Positions 1 through 9,988 are shown, numbered from the stretch's first letter. The stretch: 36,140 nucleotides of DNA from Candidatus Ratteibacteria bacterium (GCA_046296715.1 JBKBIN010000012.1:1-36140); one strand, 5' to 3'. Notes: generated by a model not told the origin, from the sequence alone. Numbers and translations are program-made.

Positions 1-42
1 AGAAAAAAACTTCCAAAAAAATTTTTGTTTTTAAATTTTTTA

Positions 43-92
43 TGATAAAATAGATTTTAAGAACTTGATAAAAAACTTTAAATGATTATATT
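43..92 (+). promoter_or_regulatory. Candidate sigma70-type promoters for the DUF362/Tat operon
   Basis: TG-A-TAAAAT (extended -10) at 43-51; TTGATA(65-70)-16 nt-TATATT(87-92); SD GGAGG at 121-125. AT-rich background lowers specificity. Confidence 0.4.
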
Positions 93-131
93 TAAATTTT
101 TGATTATCAAAAACTTAAAAGGAGGGGGAAT

Positions 132-1022
132 ATGAAAAGAAGGGAGTTTTTGAAAAATAGTTTTGTCTTTTTAGCAGGTCTAAGTTTATCTAATATTTTT
201 AAAGGGAAAAGGGATATTTCTTTTGCAGAAGAAAAGTACAGTGAAATTTTTGTAGGAAAAGGTTCAAACTATGAAGAAGTCACAATTAAAGTTATTGAAA
301 AAATGGGTGGGATAGAAAAGTTTGTCAAAAAGGGACAGAAGGTTGTGATAAAACCAAATATTGCATGGAATAGAACTCCAGAGCAAGGTGCAAATACTCA
401 TCCAGATGTTGTTAGTGCTCTTGTAAAACTTTGTAAAAAAACTGGTGCAGAAGTTATAGTAACAGAAAATCCTGTCAATAACTGGAATGTTTCATTTGTT
501 ACAAGTGGAGTAAAAGAAAGTGTAGAAAAAGCAGGAGGAATTATAAAACCACCAAGTGAATGGGTAAAAGTAAATGTAAATGGCGATGTTTTAAAGGAAG
601 CGGAAGTTTTGAAAGATGTTGTTGAATGCGATGTTTTAATTGATGTTCCAGTTGTAAAAGTTCATGGCGTAGGAATTGTCACAATAGCAATGAAAAATTT
701 CATGGGAATCGTAAAAGACAGAGGATATTTTCACAGAACAGATTTACACAGATGTATTGCAGAAATTACAAAATATATTTTGCCAAAAACAAAATTAATT
801 GTTCTTGATGCAACAAGAATTATGTTAACAGGTGGACCTCAGGGACCCGGTGAATTGAAACAACTTGATATGGTAATAGGTGGAACAGATATAGTTGCTC
901 TTGATGCCTATGGAACAACCCTTCTTGGTAAAACTCCGGAAAGTGTTCCTCATATAAAATATGGTGCAGAGATGGGACTTGGGATAATGGATCTGAATAA
1001 AGTTAAAATCAAAAATGTATAA
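132..1022 (+). CDS. DUF362-family Fe-S protein with twin-arginine signal peptide
   Basis: N-terminal MKRREFLK plus hydrophobic stretch; VVIKPNIAW, ANTHP, PVVKVH, MKNFMG, DIVALDAY motifs typical of DUF362; strong SD. Confidence 0.85.
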   Translation: MKRREFLKNSFVFLAGLSLSNIFKGKRDISFAEEKYSEIFVGKGSNYEEVTIKVIEKMGGIEKFVKKGQKVVIKPNIAWNRTPEQGANTHPDVVSALVKLCKKTGAEVIVTENPVNNWNVSFVTSGVKESVEKAGGIIKPPSEWVKVNVNGDVLKEAEVLKDVVECDVLIDVPVVKVHGVGIVTIAMKNFMGIVKDRGYFHRTDLHRCIAEITKYILPKTKLIVLDATRIMLTGGPQGPGELKQLDMVIGGTDIVALDAYGTTLLGKTPESVPHIKYGAEMGLGIMDLNKVKIKNV

Positions 1023-1620
1023 AAAAATTATTAGAACTTTCATACAAGGCATTTTTATTTTTTTATTTTTTTATTTTTTTAAAAAGGCATCTTTCCCTTT
1101 ACCAGAAAAACTACCTTTAAACCTTTTTTTTCGCATTGATTTACTATTTGCTATTTTCACAACAATATCAACTTTACATTTTTCCTATCTATTCTTTCCA
1201 TCTATTGGTATTTTTATTATGCTTCTATTATTAGGTAATTTTTTCTGCTTTTACTTATGTCCTTTCGGAGGAATAATTGATTATGCAAATTTGATTTTAT
1301 TCAGAAAAAAATTAAAAATAAAAGTAAAAATTCCAACTTGGTTTAAATTAATTAGGGTCTTCATATTTTATCTGATTATTATTACAGCATTTTTAGCAAT
1401 TTTTTCTCTTGTCCCTTTCTTTTTCTGGATTTTGAACCCATATGTAATTTTAACAAAAGCTTTTATAACAAAAAATTTTCTTTATCTCTTGATTATAATA
1501 CTACTTTTAAGTTTTCTAATTCCAAGATTCTGGTGTAATCATATCTGTCCGCTTGGATATTTAAATTATTTGATTGGAGTAAAATTAAGGAATAAGATAA
1601 AAAGAATGAGGAAAATATGA
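1015..1620 (+). CDS. Membrane 4Fe-4S-binding protein (NapH/MauN-like)
   Basis: Several TM helices; FFCFYLCPFG and RFWCNHICPLG (CxxxCP) motifs; overlaps upstream stop. Confidence 0.8.
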   Translation: MYKKIIRTFIQGIFIFLFFYFFKKASFPLPEKLPLNLFFRIDLLFAIFTTISTLHFSYLFFPSIGIFIMLLLLGNFFCFYLCPFGGIIDYANLILFRKKLKIKVKIPTWFKLIRVFIFYLIIITAFLAIFSLVPFFFWILNPYVILTKAFITKNFLYLLIIILLLSFLIPRFWCNHICPLGYLNYLIGVKLRNKIKRMRKI

Positions 1621-2189
1621 AAAGAAGGGAGTTTTTGAAATTTTTTGCTGGAGTAGGGACATTTTTGACATTAAAACCAAGATTTACAGTAATAAAAAAC
1701 CCTAACTTAATTAGACCTCCTGGAGCAATAGAAGAAGATATTTTTATATATAAATGTATTAGATGTGGTGAATGTTTAAAAGTATGTCCTGTGAATTGTC
1801 TTAAACCAGTACCTTTAAGTAAAGGAATATTTGAATTTGGAACTCCACATATAACTCCAAGAGAAAAGGCGTGCCTTCTTTGTTTAAACTGTGGGAAAAT
1901 TTGTCCAACTGGAGCAATTCAAAAAGTAAAATTTAAAGAAGTAAAAATCGGTACTGCTAAAATAAATAGAAATAGATGCCTTGTCTGGCAGGAGAATAAG
2001 GATTGTTTTGTATGTATGGAAGTTTGTCCTGTAGGAGCAGTTTATAAAAATGAAAATGGTAAACCTGTAGTTGACCCTGAATTATGTGTTGGATGTGGTC
2101 AGTGCGAACAAAATTGTCCTGTAATTGGAGAATCTGCAATAATAGTTACAAATAAAGGACAAAAAAGAAAAAAATTAAAAGGAGGTTAA
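1617..2189 (+). CDS. NapG/MauM-like polyferredoxin with twin-arginine motif
   Basis: MKRREFLK; IRPPGA; CIRCGECLKVCP, CLLCLNCGKICP, CFVCMEVCP, CVGCGQCEQNCP. Confidence 0.85.
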   Translation: MKRREFLKFFAGVGTFLTLKPRFTVIKNPNLIRPPGAIEEDIFIYKCIRCGECLKVCPVNCLKPVPLSKGIFEFGTPHITPREKACLLCLNCGKICPTGAIQKVKFKEVKIGTAKINRNRCLVWQENKDCFVCMEVCPVGAVYKNENGKPVVDPELCVGCGQCEQNCPVIGESAIIVTNKGQKRKKLKGG

Positions 2190-2192
2190 AAA

Positions 2193-2372
2193 ATGTTTAA
2201 TATAGGTGCACCTGAACTTATCCTTATATTCTTTATAATTCTTCTCCTTTTTGGTGCAAAAAGATTACCTGAAATTGGAAGGGCTCTTGGAAAAGCACTT
2301 GGTGAATTTAAAAAGGGTATGAAAGAAGGAGTATCTGAAGAAGAAAAAAAGGAAGAGAAAAAAGAAGAATGA
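2193..2372 (+). CDS. tatA: Sec-independent translocase subunit TatA (59 aa; absent from the ORF track)
   Basis: Translated by hand: [61 protein letters not shown]-x-x-x-LP motif; SD GGAGG at 2181-2185; directly before tatC. Confidence 0.93.
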   Translation: MFNIGAPELILIFFIILLLFGAKRLPEIGRALGKALGEFKKGMKEGVSEEEKKEEKKEE

Positions 2373-2375
2373 AAA

Positions 2376-3083
2376 ATGGAAGAAAAAGATTTAAGTATTA
2401 TAGAACATTTAGAGGAGTTAAGAAAAAGAATATTTTATTGTTCTGTATTTTTTTTATGTGTGTGCATTTTTTCTTATTTCTTTTCCACCAAAATTCTTTC
2501 TTTTCTAATAAAACCATTGAAAAAATATCAGGAAACAATTGTCTTTTTAAAACCAATTGAACCATTCTTTTCAATTTTGAAGATTACCTTTTTTGTGAGT
2601 ATTGTCATCACTATTCCATTTTTCTTATATCAAACTTATTTATTTATCGCACCGGGACTAACTGAAAGAGAAAGAAAAGTAGTTAAAGTGATTTTTATTT
2701 TCTTTCCTTTTTTATTTTTATTAGGTATGTTTTTCTCTTTTTATTTAATTATTCCTTTTGGTCTCAAAGTTCTTTTTTCATTTGGTAAAGGTGTTATGAT
2801 ACCACTTATTTCAATTACAAATTATCTTAATTTCCTTTTTGTCTTTCTTTTTACAATCGGATTAATCTTTAACCTTCCTGTTTTTATTTCTTCTCTTGCT
2901 TATATTGGAATAATCAACTCAAAATTTTTAAAAGAAAAAAGAAAATTTGCAATAATAGGTGCTTTTATTTTATCTGCAATAATAACTCCAACCACTGATA
3001 TCTTCACACAACTTTTGGTTGCAATTCCATTAATTTTTCTTTATGAAATTTCAATTTTCTTTTCAAAAATCTTTAATAAGTAA
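2376..3083 (+). CDS. tatC: Sec-independent translocase subunit TatC
   Basis: HLEELRKR, FIAPGL..ER, AIITPT.D, LYEISI motifs; multiple TM helices. Confidence 0.95.
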   Translation: MEEKDLSIIEHLEELRKRIFYCSVFFLCVCIFSYFFSTKILSFLIKPLKKYQETIVFLKPIEPFFSILKITFFVSIVITIPFFLYQTYLFIAPGLTERERKVVKVIFIFFPFLFLLGMFFSFYLIIPFGLKVLFSFGKGVMIPLISITNYLNFLFVFLFTIGLIFNLPVFISSLAYIGIINSKFLKEKRKFAIIGAFILSAIITPTTDIFTQLLVAIPLIFLYEISIFFSKIFNK

Positions 3084-3397
3084 GTTTCTCATTTTTAATA
3101 ACTTAAGAAATTTTATTTAACAAAATTTTTCAATAATAATTTTTTAAAATTTTTTGGAAATATTTTCAATTTCTTTTCCAAGGTTAGTTTTCTGACAAAT
3201 TCTGCAGAAAATGAAATTCAATTAAAAGTTAACATAATATTTCTTATCCGACATTTTTTACGTAAAATATTGAATATTAATAAGTTAACGAATATTTATT
3301 TTTTAAACTTTACTCAACTAAATCAACTTCTAATTTGACCAAAATTTAACAAGTTAAAACTTCAGTCTGATAGAAATTTAATACGAAAATTAAAAAT

Positions 3398-4066
3398 TTA
3401 TAAAGGTAATTGGACATTAACTGCTTTTCGTGGATAAAATTTAATTAGAAGATTTGAAATAACCACCATGTCATAAAACAATAAAAAACCGCTAAATAAA
3501 AGGCCGGTAATCCAATTAAGCAATAAAGTAAGGACAACAACCGAAATTAACAAAATTCCAACTACAAGTATATAGATAATAGTATACTCCTTTGGTATCA
3601 AAAAAACCTTTCCTAAAACTTCCCTTAAATCAAAACCTTTTTTTAATGAATTTTCCTCAAGATATACACATATCCCAAACAGAAGAAAATAAAGAGCAAT
3701 CAAAAAAAGTATTGTTGATAGTATTATTAGAATTAGGCCTCTAAATAAAAATAAAGACACGATTTCCCCTTGGGAAAGGACAGATATAAAGTAAACACCT
3801 AAAAAAAGGAAAATAAATGGAATTAAAAAGTATCCTAAAATTAAAATAAAAAGATATATCCCTTTTAAAAAAAATATCTTTATGTTTTCATCCCATTTCA
3901 ACTTTTTCTTTTCAAGTAATATTCCTACCCTCAATTTCTCAGAAATATATCCTAAGGAAATAAAATTAATTATAGGAAAAAATAACAAAATACCACCTAT
4001 CAAAAGATCAAAAAGATTTTTTTTTAGTATTGGTTGCTTAAGAGACTCAATAATCTTTTCTCTCAT
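3398..4066 (-). CDS. Integral membrane protein (DUF4013-like)
   Basis: Hydrophobic 222 aa; LLIGGILLFFPIINFISLGY and KW...FF.KG pattern resembles DUF4013; overlaps pdxJ stop. Confidence 0.6.
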   Translation of the reverse strand: MREKIIESLKQPILKKNLFDLLIGGILLFFPIINFISLGYISEKLRVGILLEKKKLKWDENIKIFFLKGIYLFILILGYFLIPFIFLFLGVYFISVLSQGEIVSLFLFRGLILIILSTILFLIALYFLLFGICVYLEENSLKKGFDLREVLGKVFLIPKEYTIIYILVVGILLISVVVLTLLLNWITGLLFSGFLLFYDMVVISNLLIKFYPRKAVNVQLPL

Positions 4067-4778
4067 ATCTTTCTATAACTTCTTTCATTTCTTTAACTGC
4101 CTGGTATATTCCTACATATATAGATCTGCAAACTATACTATATCCAATGTTCAGTTCTTCAATCCCTTTTATTTGACAGATTTTATGAACATTTTTATAA
4201 TCAAGACCGTGCCCTGCATTTACTTTTAAACCTATTGAAATCCCATATTCAGTTGCTTTTATTATTTTATTCAATTCTTCATAGATTTTTTCTTCTGTTT
4301 CTGCATCTGCATACCTTCCTGTATGAATTTCTATAAAATCAGCCCCTACTCTTTTACTTTCTTCAATTTGGTCAAAATCAGGTTCTATGAATAAACTAAC
4401 TTTTATTCCATTTTCCTGAAATTTCTTAATATTTTCTTTTATTTTTTCTGAATATTTTATTACATCAAGTCCTCCTTCTGTTGTTAATTCCTCTCTTTTC
4501 TCTGGAACTAAAGTTACCTGATCTGGTTTTACATCAAGTGCAATTTTAATAATATCTTCAGAAAGAGCCATCTCAAGATTAAATTTTGTCTTAACAACTT
4601 TTCTCAATAAATAAACATCTCTTTCCTGTATATGTCTTCTATCTTCTCTTAAATGGCAAACTATTGAATCACACCCAGCAAGTTCTGATAAAATTGCTGC
4701 CTCAACAGGATCTGGATATTTTCCCCTTCTTGCCTGCCTTAAAGTTGCAACATGATCAACATTCACTCCCAATTTCAT
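4047..4778 (-). CDS. pdxJ: Pyridoxine 5'-phosphate synthase
   Basis: LGVNVDHVATLRQAR, HLREDRRHI, LVPEKREELTTEGGLD, EIHTG, VNAGHGL motifs. Confidence 0.97.
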   Translation of the reverse strand: MKLGVNVDHVATLRQARRGKYPDPVEAAILSELAGCDSIVCHLREDRRHIQERDVYLLRKVVKTKFNLEMALSEDIIKIALDVKPDQVTLVPEKREELTTEGGLDVIKYSEKIKENIKKFQENGIKVSLFIEPDFDQIEESKRVGADFIEIHTGRYADAETEEKIYEELNKIIKATEYGISIGLKVNAGHGLDYKNVHKICQIKGIEELNIGYSIVCRSIYVGIYQAVKEMKEVIERYERKDY

Positions 4779-4798
4779 ATTTTTTCCCCTTTTAATTA

Positions 4799-4827
4799 AT
4801 TTTACTCCTTTTTGTAATATTTTTCAA
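4799..4827 (-). promoter_or_regulatory. Sigma70 promoter for pdxJ
   Basis: Minus strand TTGAAA(4827-4822)-17 nt-TAAAAT(4804-4799), just upstream of the SD-like AAGGGG and ATG 4778. Confidence 0.55.
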
Positions 4828-4925
4828 ACTTTCCTGTTGCCTCATTTAAAAACCTATTTCCTTTAAGAGAAAATTTTATAAAAAGGTGCATTGTTAAAAA
4901 AGTATAGAAATATGAAATTTATGGA

Positions 4926-5660
4926 TTAATAAGCATATATTTTGCCGTATGGTCTTTTTGTAACAGGTAATAATTTAATAACTTCTTTTAAAGAGATATC
5001 TTCATACTTCAAATCAAAATAATTACAAAATTTCTTAATATAATTTTCAATTTTGTAAATATCATCCTCATTTGCTTTAAATATTCTAACTTCTTTACCA
5101 ATTATTCTTTCATCAACTTGTCCAAATATAAAAATTTCTCCTCCATGCATACCTGTTCCAATTAATTCACCAACTATTTTATTTTTTCTTTCTAAATTTA
5201 AAATTATAATTAATCCACCTGCCATATATTCTCCAAGAAAATCACCAGCAGTTCCTCCAATAACTATAACTGGAAAATATTCATTATATGCTTTCATATG
5301 TATTCCAACTCTGTACCCAACATCACCTTTTATGTAAATTCCACCACCTCTCATTGAGTGACCAACTATATCTCCTGCATTCCCATTTATTACTATTTCT
5401 CCTGAATTCATTGTATTTCCAACACCATCTTGAGCATTTCCATTTACAAAAATTTTTGCTCCATCCATAAAACATCCAATGTCATTTCCAGCAACTCCAT
5501 CTATGTAAATTTCACAATTTTTTAATCCTGCACCAATATATCTTTGTCCAAATACATTTTTAATATAAATTTTTTTATAACCATTTTTTATTAATTCTTT
5601 TATTTTTTTATTTAATGTTTTATAATCTAAATTTTTGGCGTCTATTTTAATCTTATTCAC
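4926..5660 (-). CDS. Glutamate synthase GXGXG beta-helix subunit (GltB domain 3, archaeal-type split GOGAT)
   Basis: GQRYIGAG, GNAQDGVGNTM, GDVGYRVGIHMK, GDFLGEYMAGG repeats; last gene of N operon. Confidence 0.88.
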   Translation of the reverse strand: MNKIKIDAKNLDYKTLNKKIKELIKNGYKKIYIKNVFGQRYIGAGLKNCEIYIDGVAGNDIGCFMDGAKIFVNGNAQDGVGNTMNSGEIVINGNAGDIVGHSMRGGGIYIKGDVGYRVGIHMKAYNEYFPVIVIGGTAGDFLGEYMAGGLIIILNLERKNKIVGELIGTGMHGGEIFIFGQVDERIIGKEVRIFKANEDDIYKIENYIKKFCNYFDLKYEDISLKEVIKLLPVTKRPYGKIYAY

Positions 5661-6946
5661 ACTTCTATCCCCTCTCCTTTAACTATATGTTTTCTATAAC
5701 TTTCTGGCAATATTAAAAGACCAAATTTATCATCTAATAAATGATTTTTAAAAGTAGAAACATCAATTTTATTTTTTATCAAACCTGTTATTATTCCTGC
5801 CCTTTCTATATCCCCAAGAAAAACACCGCCTATAATTTTATTTTCTTTAATTAAAATCTTCTTATATGTTTTCTTTTTAGGATCAAATTTTTTTAATATT
5901 TCATAATCTTTTTCATTTTTAGGATTTGTTATCCCAAAAGAAATTGTTGGAGTATCCAAAAATTCAACAGAATTCATTATAAACATTCCTTCATACATTT
6001 CATTACCATTTGCCATATTAATTCCTGCTATTTTACCTTGTCTTGCTGCTCGTGGCCATATTGGAATTACTGATTTTTCCCCCCCGAATTCTTCTGTTTC
6101 ACAAACATCACCTCCAGCGAAAACAAAATGGAAATTTGTTCTCATAAACTTATCAACAATAATACCTTTATTCTTTTCTATATCAGTTCCTTCTATTAAT
6201 TCTGTATTAGGATATACTCCGATGGCTATTATTAAAATATCTGTTTTTATTTTTTTCCCATCTTTTAATATTAATTCATTTAAAATTCCATCTTTACAAA
6301 TAATTTTATCTATCGTATTTTTTTTAATTATCTCACAGTTTTTTTCTTTAAGTTTATTCTCTATTATTTCAGAAGCAAAATAATCAAAAGTGTTAGGAAG
6401 TAACCTATCAGAAAGCTCAATAATTACTAAAGAGAGATTTTTCCCTAAAAGGCCTTCTGCACATTTGAGACCTATTAAACCACCACCAAGAATTACAACT
6501 TCTTTAATTTCTTTTTCTTTTATATATTTTTTAAGTCCCTTTGCATCTTTTAATTTAGTGAATGTAAATATGCCTTTTTTAACACTCTCAATTCCTTCTA
6601 TATTAGGTATAATTGGTTTTCCGCCAGTTCCTAAAAATATAAAATCAAAATCAAATTCACCAGATGTAGTTAATAGAATTTTTCTTTTCAAATCAATATT
6701 TTTACATTTTGTATTTAAAAATAGGTTTATTTTATTTTTTTTATAAAAACTTTCGTCTTTAAAATTTAATTCGTTTTCTTTAAGACGACCTGATAAATAA
6801 TAGGAAATAAGAGGTTTTGAATAATTGAAGTACGTTTCATCTGTGAATACAAAGATTTCTCCATTTTTATCAATCTCTCTTATTCCCTCTACACAACTAA
6901 TTCCTGCAATTGAATTACCAACAATTATATATCTTTTATTTTTCAA
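5657..6946 (-). CDS. FAD/NAD(P)H-dependent oxidoreductase (NirB N-terminal/FNOR-like), probable electron donor to GOGAT
   Basis: IIVGNSIAG, YSKP, GTGG, VVILGGGLIG, FAGGDV motifs. TTG start at 6946 has SD GGAG; the ORF track ATG at 6964 is the alternative. Confidence 0.82.
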   Translation of the reverse strand: MKNKRYIIVGNSIAGISCVEGIREIDKNGEIFVFTDETYFNYSKPLISYYLSGRLKENELNFKDESFYKKNKINLFLNTKCKNIDLKRKILLTTSGEFDFDFIFLGTGGKPIIPNIEGIESVKKGIFTFTKLKDAKGLKKYIKEKEIKEVVILGGGLIGLKCAEGLLGKNLSLVIIELSDRLLPNTFDYFASEIIENKLKEKNCEIIKKNTIDKIICKDGILNELILKDGKKIKTDILIIAIGVYPNTELIEGTDIEKNKGIIVDKFMRTNFHFVFAGGDVCETEEFGGEKSVIPIWPRAARQGKIAGINMANGNEMYEGMFIMNSVEFLDTPTISFGITNPKNEKDYEILKKFDPKKKTYKKILIKENKIIGGVFLGDIERAGIITGLIKNKIDVSTFKNHLLDDKFGLLILPESYRKHIVKGEGIEV

Positions 6947-7400
6947 TCTTTTCTCCTTTATCATTTACAAGAATTAATGCTTCATTTGGACAATTTTCAA
7001 CACATGCAGGAAATTGATTTTCAATACATAAATCACATTTAGAAGCCACTTTTTTATTTTTTAAATCAATTTTTATAACACCTAATGGACATACCATAAC
7101 ACACATCCAACAACCTACACACTTATCTTTATTATGCAGAACTAAATTTGTATTTTCATCTCTATACATTGCTCCTGTTAAACAAGATGCAACACATGTG
7201 GCATCTTCACAATGTCTGCATTGAACAGCAAATGAAATATGGTCAATCTCTTCAAAGTATATTCCTGAAAGTGGTTTTGTTTTTTCCATTTTGTATGCTT
7301 TTATAATATCTTTTGTCTTTGAATGAGTTGTTATACAATGAATTTCACATAATCTACAACCTATACAAAATTCTTCCTTTATTAAAATTCTTTTCACCAT
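6936..7400 (-). CDS. 4Fe-4S multicluster electron transfer protein (CooF/HydN-like)
   Basis: CIGCRLCEIHC, CRHCEDATCVASC, CVGCWMCVMVCP, KCDLC...PACVENCP. Confidence 0.88.
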   Translation of the reverse strand: MVKRILIKEEFCIGCRLCEIHCITTHSKTKDIIKAYKMEKTKPLSGIYFEEIDHISFAVQCRHCEDATCVASCLTGAMYRDENTNLVLHNKDKCVGCWMCVMVCPLGVIKIDLKNKKVASKCDLCIENQFPACVENCPNEALILVNDKGEKIEK

Positions 7401-8914
7401 GCTTGCCCCACATGTTTAATCCCAAGTAATTTAAGTTCCATTTCATTTAATCCAATCCCTCTTAACTGTTCTCTATTTCCTCTTAATGACTCAATTGCAT
7501 TTATCCCCATTCCTCCAAGTATCTCTTTTATTTCAAGAGACCATGCCCTTAAAAGATTATATACTCTTTTTGCACCAATTTCATAATTCAATCTCTTTGT
7601 AAGATATGGATCTTGAGTTGCAATTCCCCAATTACATTTACCTGTATAACATTTCTGACATAAATGGCATCCAAGAGCAATCAAAGCAGCAGTTCCAATA
7701 TAAACAGCATCTGCACCCAGAGCAATAGCTTTTATTACATCTGAACTTTTTCTAAAACCTCCAGCAGCAATTATTGATGCATGATTTCTTATTCCTTCTT
7801 CTCTTAATCTTTGGTCAACAACTGCAATTGCTATTTCAATAGGAATTCCAACATTATCTCTTATTATTTTTGGTGCAGCACCAGTCCCTCCTCTTAAACC
7901 ATCAATCACAACATAGTCTGCTCCTGCTCTTACTATCCCGCTTGCAATAGGTGCTACATTATGAACTGCTGCTATTTTAACTCCCACTACTTTTTTGTAA
8001 TCTGTGGCTTCTTTTAAGGCATAAATTAATTGCTTCAAATCTTCAATTGAATAAATATCATGATGAGGAGCCGGAGATAAAGCATCAGTCCCTTCAGGTA
8101 TCATTCTTGTTTTACTTATCTCTTGTGTTACTTTTTCTCCCGGTAAATGTCCTCCTATCCCTGGTTTTGCTCCTTGACCAATTTTTATTTCAATTGCTGC
8201 TGCTTTTTCTAAGTATTCAATATTTACACCAAACCTTCCACTGGCAACTTGAACTATACATCTATGTGAATATTGATATAATTCTTCTGGCAATCCTCCC
8301 TCTCCTGTATTCCAGTAAGTTCCAATTTCACATGCTGCCTTTGCAAGTGATTTCATAGCATTTAATGATATTGAACCAAAACTCATCGCTGAAAACATAA
8401 TAGGAATTTCAAGTTCAAGTTGAGGTTGTATTTTTGTTTTTAAAGTCATATTTCCATTTTCATTTATATATTCAATTTTATCTGGCTTTTTCCCAATAAA
8501 AGTTTTCAATTCCATAGGTTCTCTCAATGGATCTATTGAAGGATTTGTTACCTGTGAAGCATTTAAAAGAATATGGTCAAAATAGATTTTGTATCCTTTA
8601 TCACATCCCATTCCAGTTAAGATTACTCCTCCTGTTTCTGCTTGCTTCTGTATATCTAAGATATATTCTTTTTCCCATAGATAATTAATTTTCATTTCAG
8701 ATGGATTTCTTCTTATTATTATTGCATTTGTTGGACATATATTTTCACAAAAATGACATCCAACACATTTTAAATTATCACTTTTAACTATATTCTCATC
8801 CTTGTCATAAATGTGAACATCATTAGAACACACTCTAACACATGCCTGACATTGAATACATTTTTCTTGGTCTCTTTCTACAATAAATTCACTTATTCTT
8901 TTTACTTTTGCCAT
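7394..8914 (-). CDS. Glutamate synthase FMN-binding subunit with N-terminal 2x[4Fe-4S] (archaeal-type GltB domain 2)
   Basis: Two CxxCxxCxxxC motifs; SAMSFGS, NTGEGG, QVASGRFG, EIKIGQGAKPGIGGHLPGEK, SPAPHHDIYSIEDL, CHLCQKCYTGKC. Confidence 0.92.
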   Translation of the reverse strand: MAKVKRISEFIVERDQEKCIQCQACVRVCSNDVHIYDKDENIVKSDNLKCVGCHFCENICPTNAIIIRRNPSEMKINYLWEKEYILDIQKQAETGGVILTGMGCDKGYKIYFDHILLNASQVTNPSIDPLREPMELKTFIGKKPDKIEYINENGNMTLKTKIQPQLELEIPIMFSAMSFGSISLNAMKSLAKAACEIGTYWNTGEGGLPEELYQYSHRCIVQVASGRFGVNIEYLEKAAAIEIKIGQGAKPGIGGHLPGEKVTQEISKTRMIPEGTDALSPAPHHDIYSIEDLKQLIYALKEATDYKKVVGVKIAAVHNVAPIASGIVRAGADYVVIDGLRGGTGAAPKIIRDNVGIPIEIAIAVVDQRLREEGIRNHASIIAAGGFRKSSDVIKAIALGADAVYIGTAALIALGCHLCQKCYTGKCNWGIATQDPYLTKRLNYEIGAKRVYNLLRAWSLEIKEILGGMGINAIESLRGNREQLRGIGLNEMELKLLGIKHVGQAW

Positions 8915-9987
8915 TTTACTTTAAAAATAACAGGTTTTCCTGCTTCAACCTGATAAACATTTGTAAAATTTTTGCTTATAACTCTTATAGCAGATTCTTC
9001 GGATGCTAAATAATAAAAATTTTCATCTTCACCTGCTACAAGAGGTCTTAACTTTAATCTATCATTTAACCCAATCATAAATTCAGAATTTGTAACTATT
9101 ATCCCAAAAGGACCATTAACAAGAGCAGGACCATAAATAATTCTTAAAATTTTCAAAAAATTTTTATAATTTTCATTTTCAATTCTATCAATTTGAAACC
9201 AGAAAGAAGGTGCAAGTATATTTCCTATTGTTTCAATATCAATTTTTTGTTTTCTATAAAATAGGTCAAATAGATAAGTAATAACTTCTGTATCTGTATA
9301 AAGTGTACAGTAATAACCAAAGTTTTCAAGGTATCTTCTATTTATTCCATAACTTGATATTTCACCATTATGAACAACTGCCCAATTAAGAATACCAAAA
9401 GGATGTGCACCACCCCACCACCCTACTGTATTTGTTGGAAATCTATTATGTGCAATCCATAGGTATCCTTTATAATCGTAAATTTTATAAAAATCAGCAA
9501 TTTCATCTGGATTACCAACCCCTTTAAATATACCCATATTTTTCCCTGATGAAAAAACAAAAGCATCTTCTATATTTTTATTTATAAACATAACACTATC
9601 CACAACAATATCCTCTTCAGATAAATTATTGTTTAATTTTTCTTCTTTCGTTTTCAAAAAATATCTCCATAGAATAGGAATAAAGTTTAATTTTATATTT
9701 CTATTAACGGGGATTGGTTCTTTATGTGTTATTTCAAAATTTGTTTTCAAGTAATCTTGAACAGATTCAATATTTCTTTCAGAATTATACATTATATGAA
9801 AACACCATTTATCAAAAAAATCTTGGTATATGCCATAAGATGCATATCCTGAACCAAGTCCATTACCTCTTTCAATCATATTACAAATAGAAATAGTAAT
9901 TTTTTCTCCTGAAAATAAATCTCCATTTTTTGACATAATTCCACTTATTCCACAACCTGACGGTATACGATAATTACAGTCATTCAT
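8902..9987 (-). CDS. Class II (Ntn) glutamine amidotransferase, glutamate synthase domain 1
   Basis: SGCGISG (nucleophilic Cys after short propeptide), ERGNGLG, AHNRFPTNT, GAHPF, VHNGEI, TDTEV, RLKLRP. Confidence 0.9.
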   Translation of the reverse strand: MNDCNYRIPSGCGISGIMSKNGDLFSGEKITISICNMIERGNGLGSGYASYGIYQDFFDKWCFHIMYNSERNIESVQDYLKTNFEITHKEPIPVNRNIKLNFIPILWRYFLKTKEEKLNNNLSEEDIVVDSVMFINKNIEDAFVFSSGKNMGIFKGVGNPDEIADFYKIYDYKGYLWIAHNRFPTNTVGWWGGAHPFGILNWAVVHNGEISSYGINRRYLENFGYYCTLYTDTEVITYLFDLFYRKQKIDIETIGNILAPSFWFQIDRIENENYKNFLKILRIIYGPALVNGPFGIIVTNSEFMIGLNDRLKLRPLVAGEDENFYYLASEESAIRVISKNFTNVYQVEAGKPVIFKVKWQK

Positions 9988-9988
9988 T

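Noticed and set aside
3084..3397. 314 nt convergent intergenic gap as a possible sRNA or gene remnant
   Set aside because: Extremely AT-rich; no stable hairpin, credible ORF or repeat beyond short AAGTTAA words.
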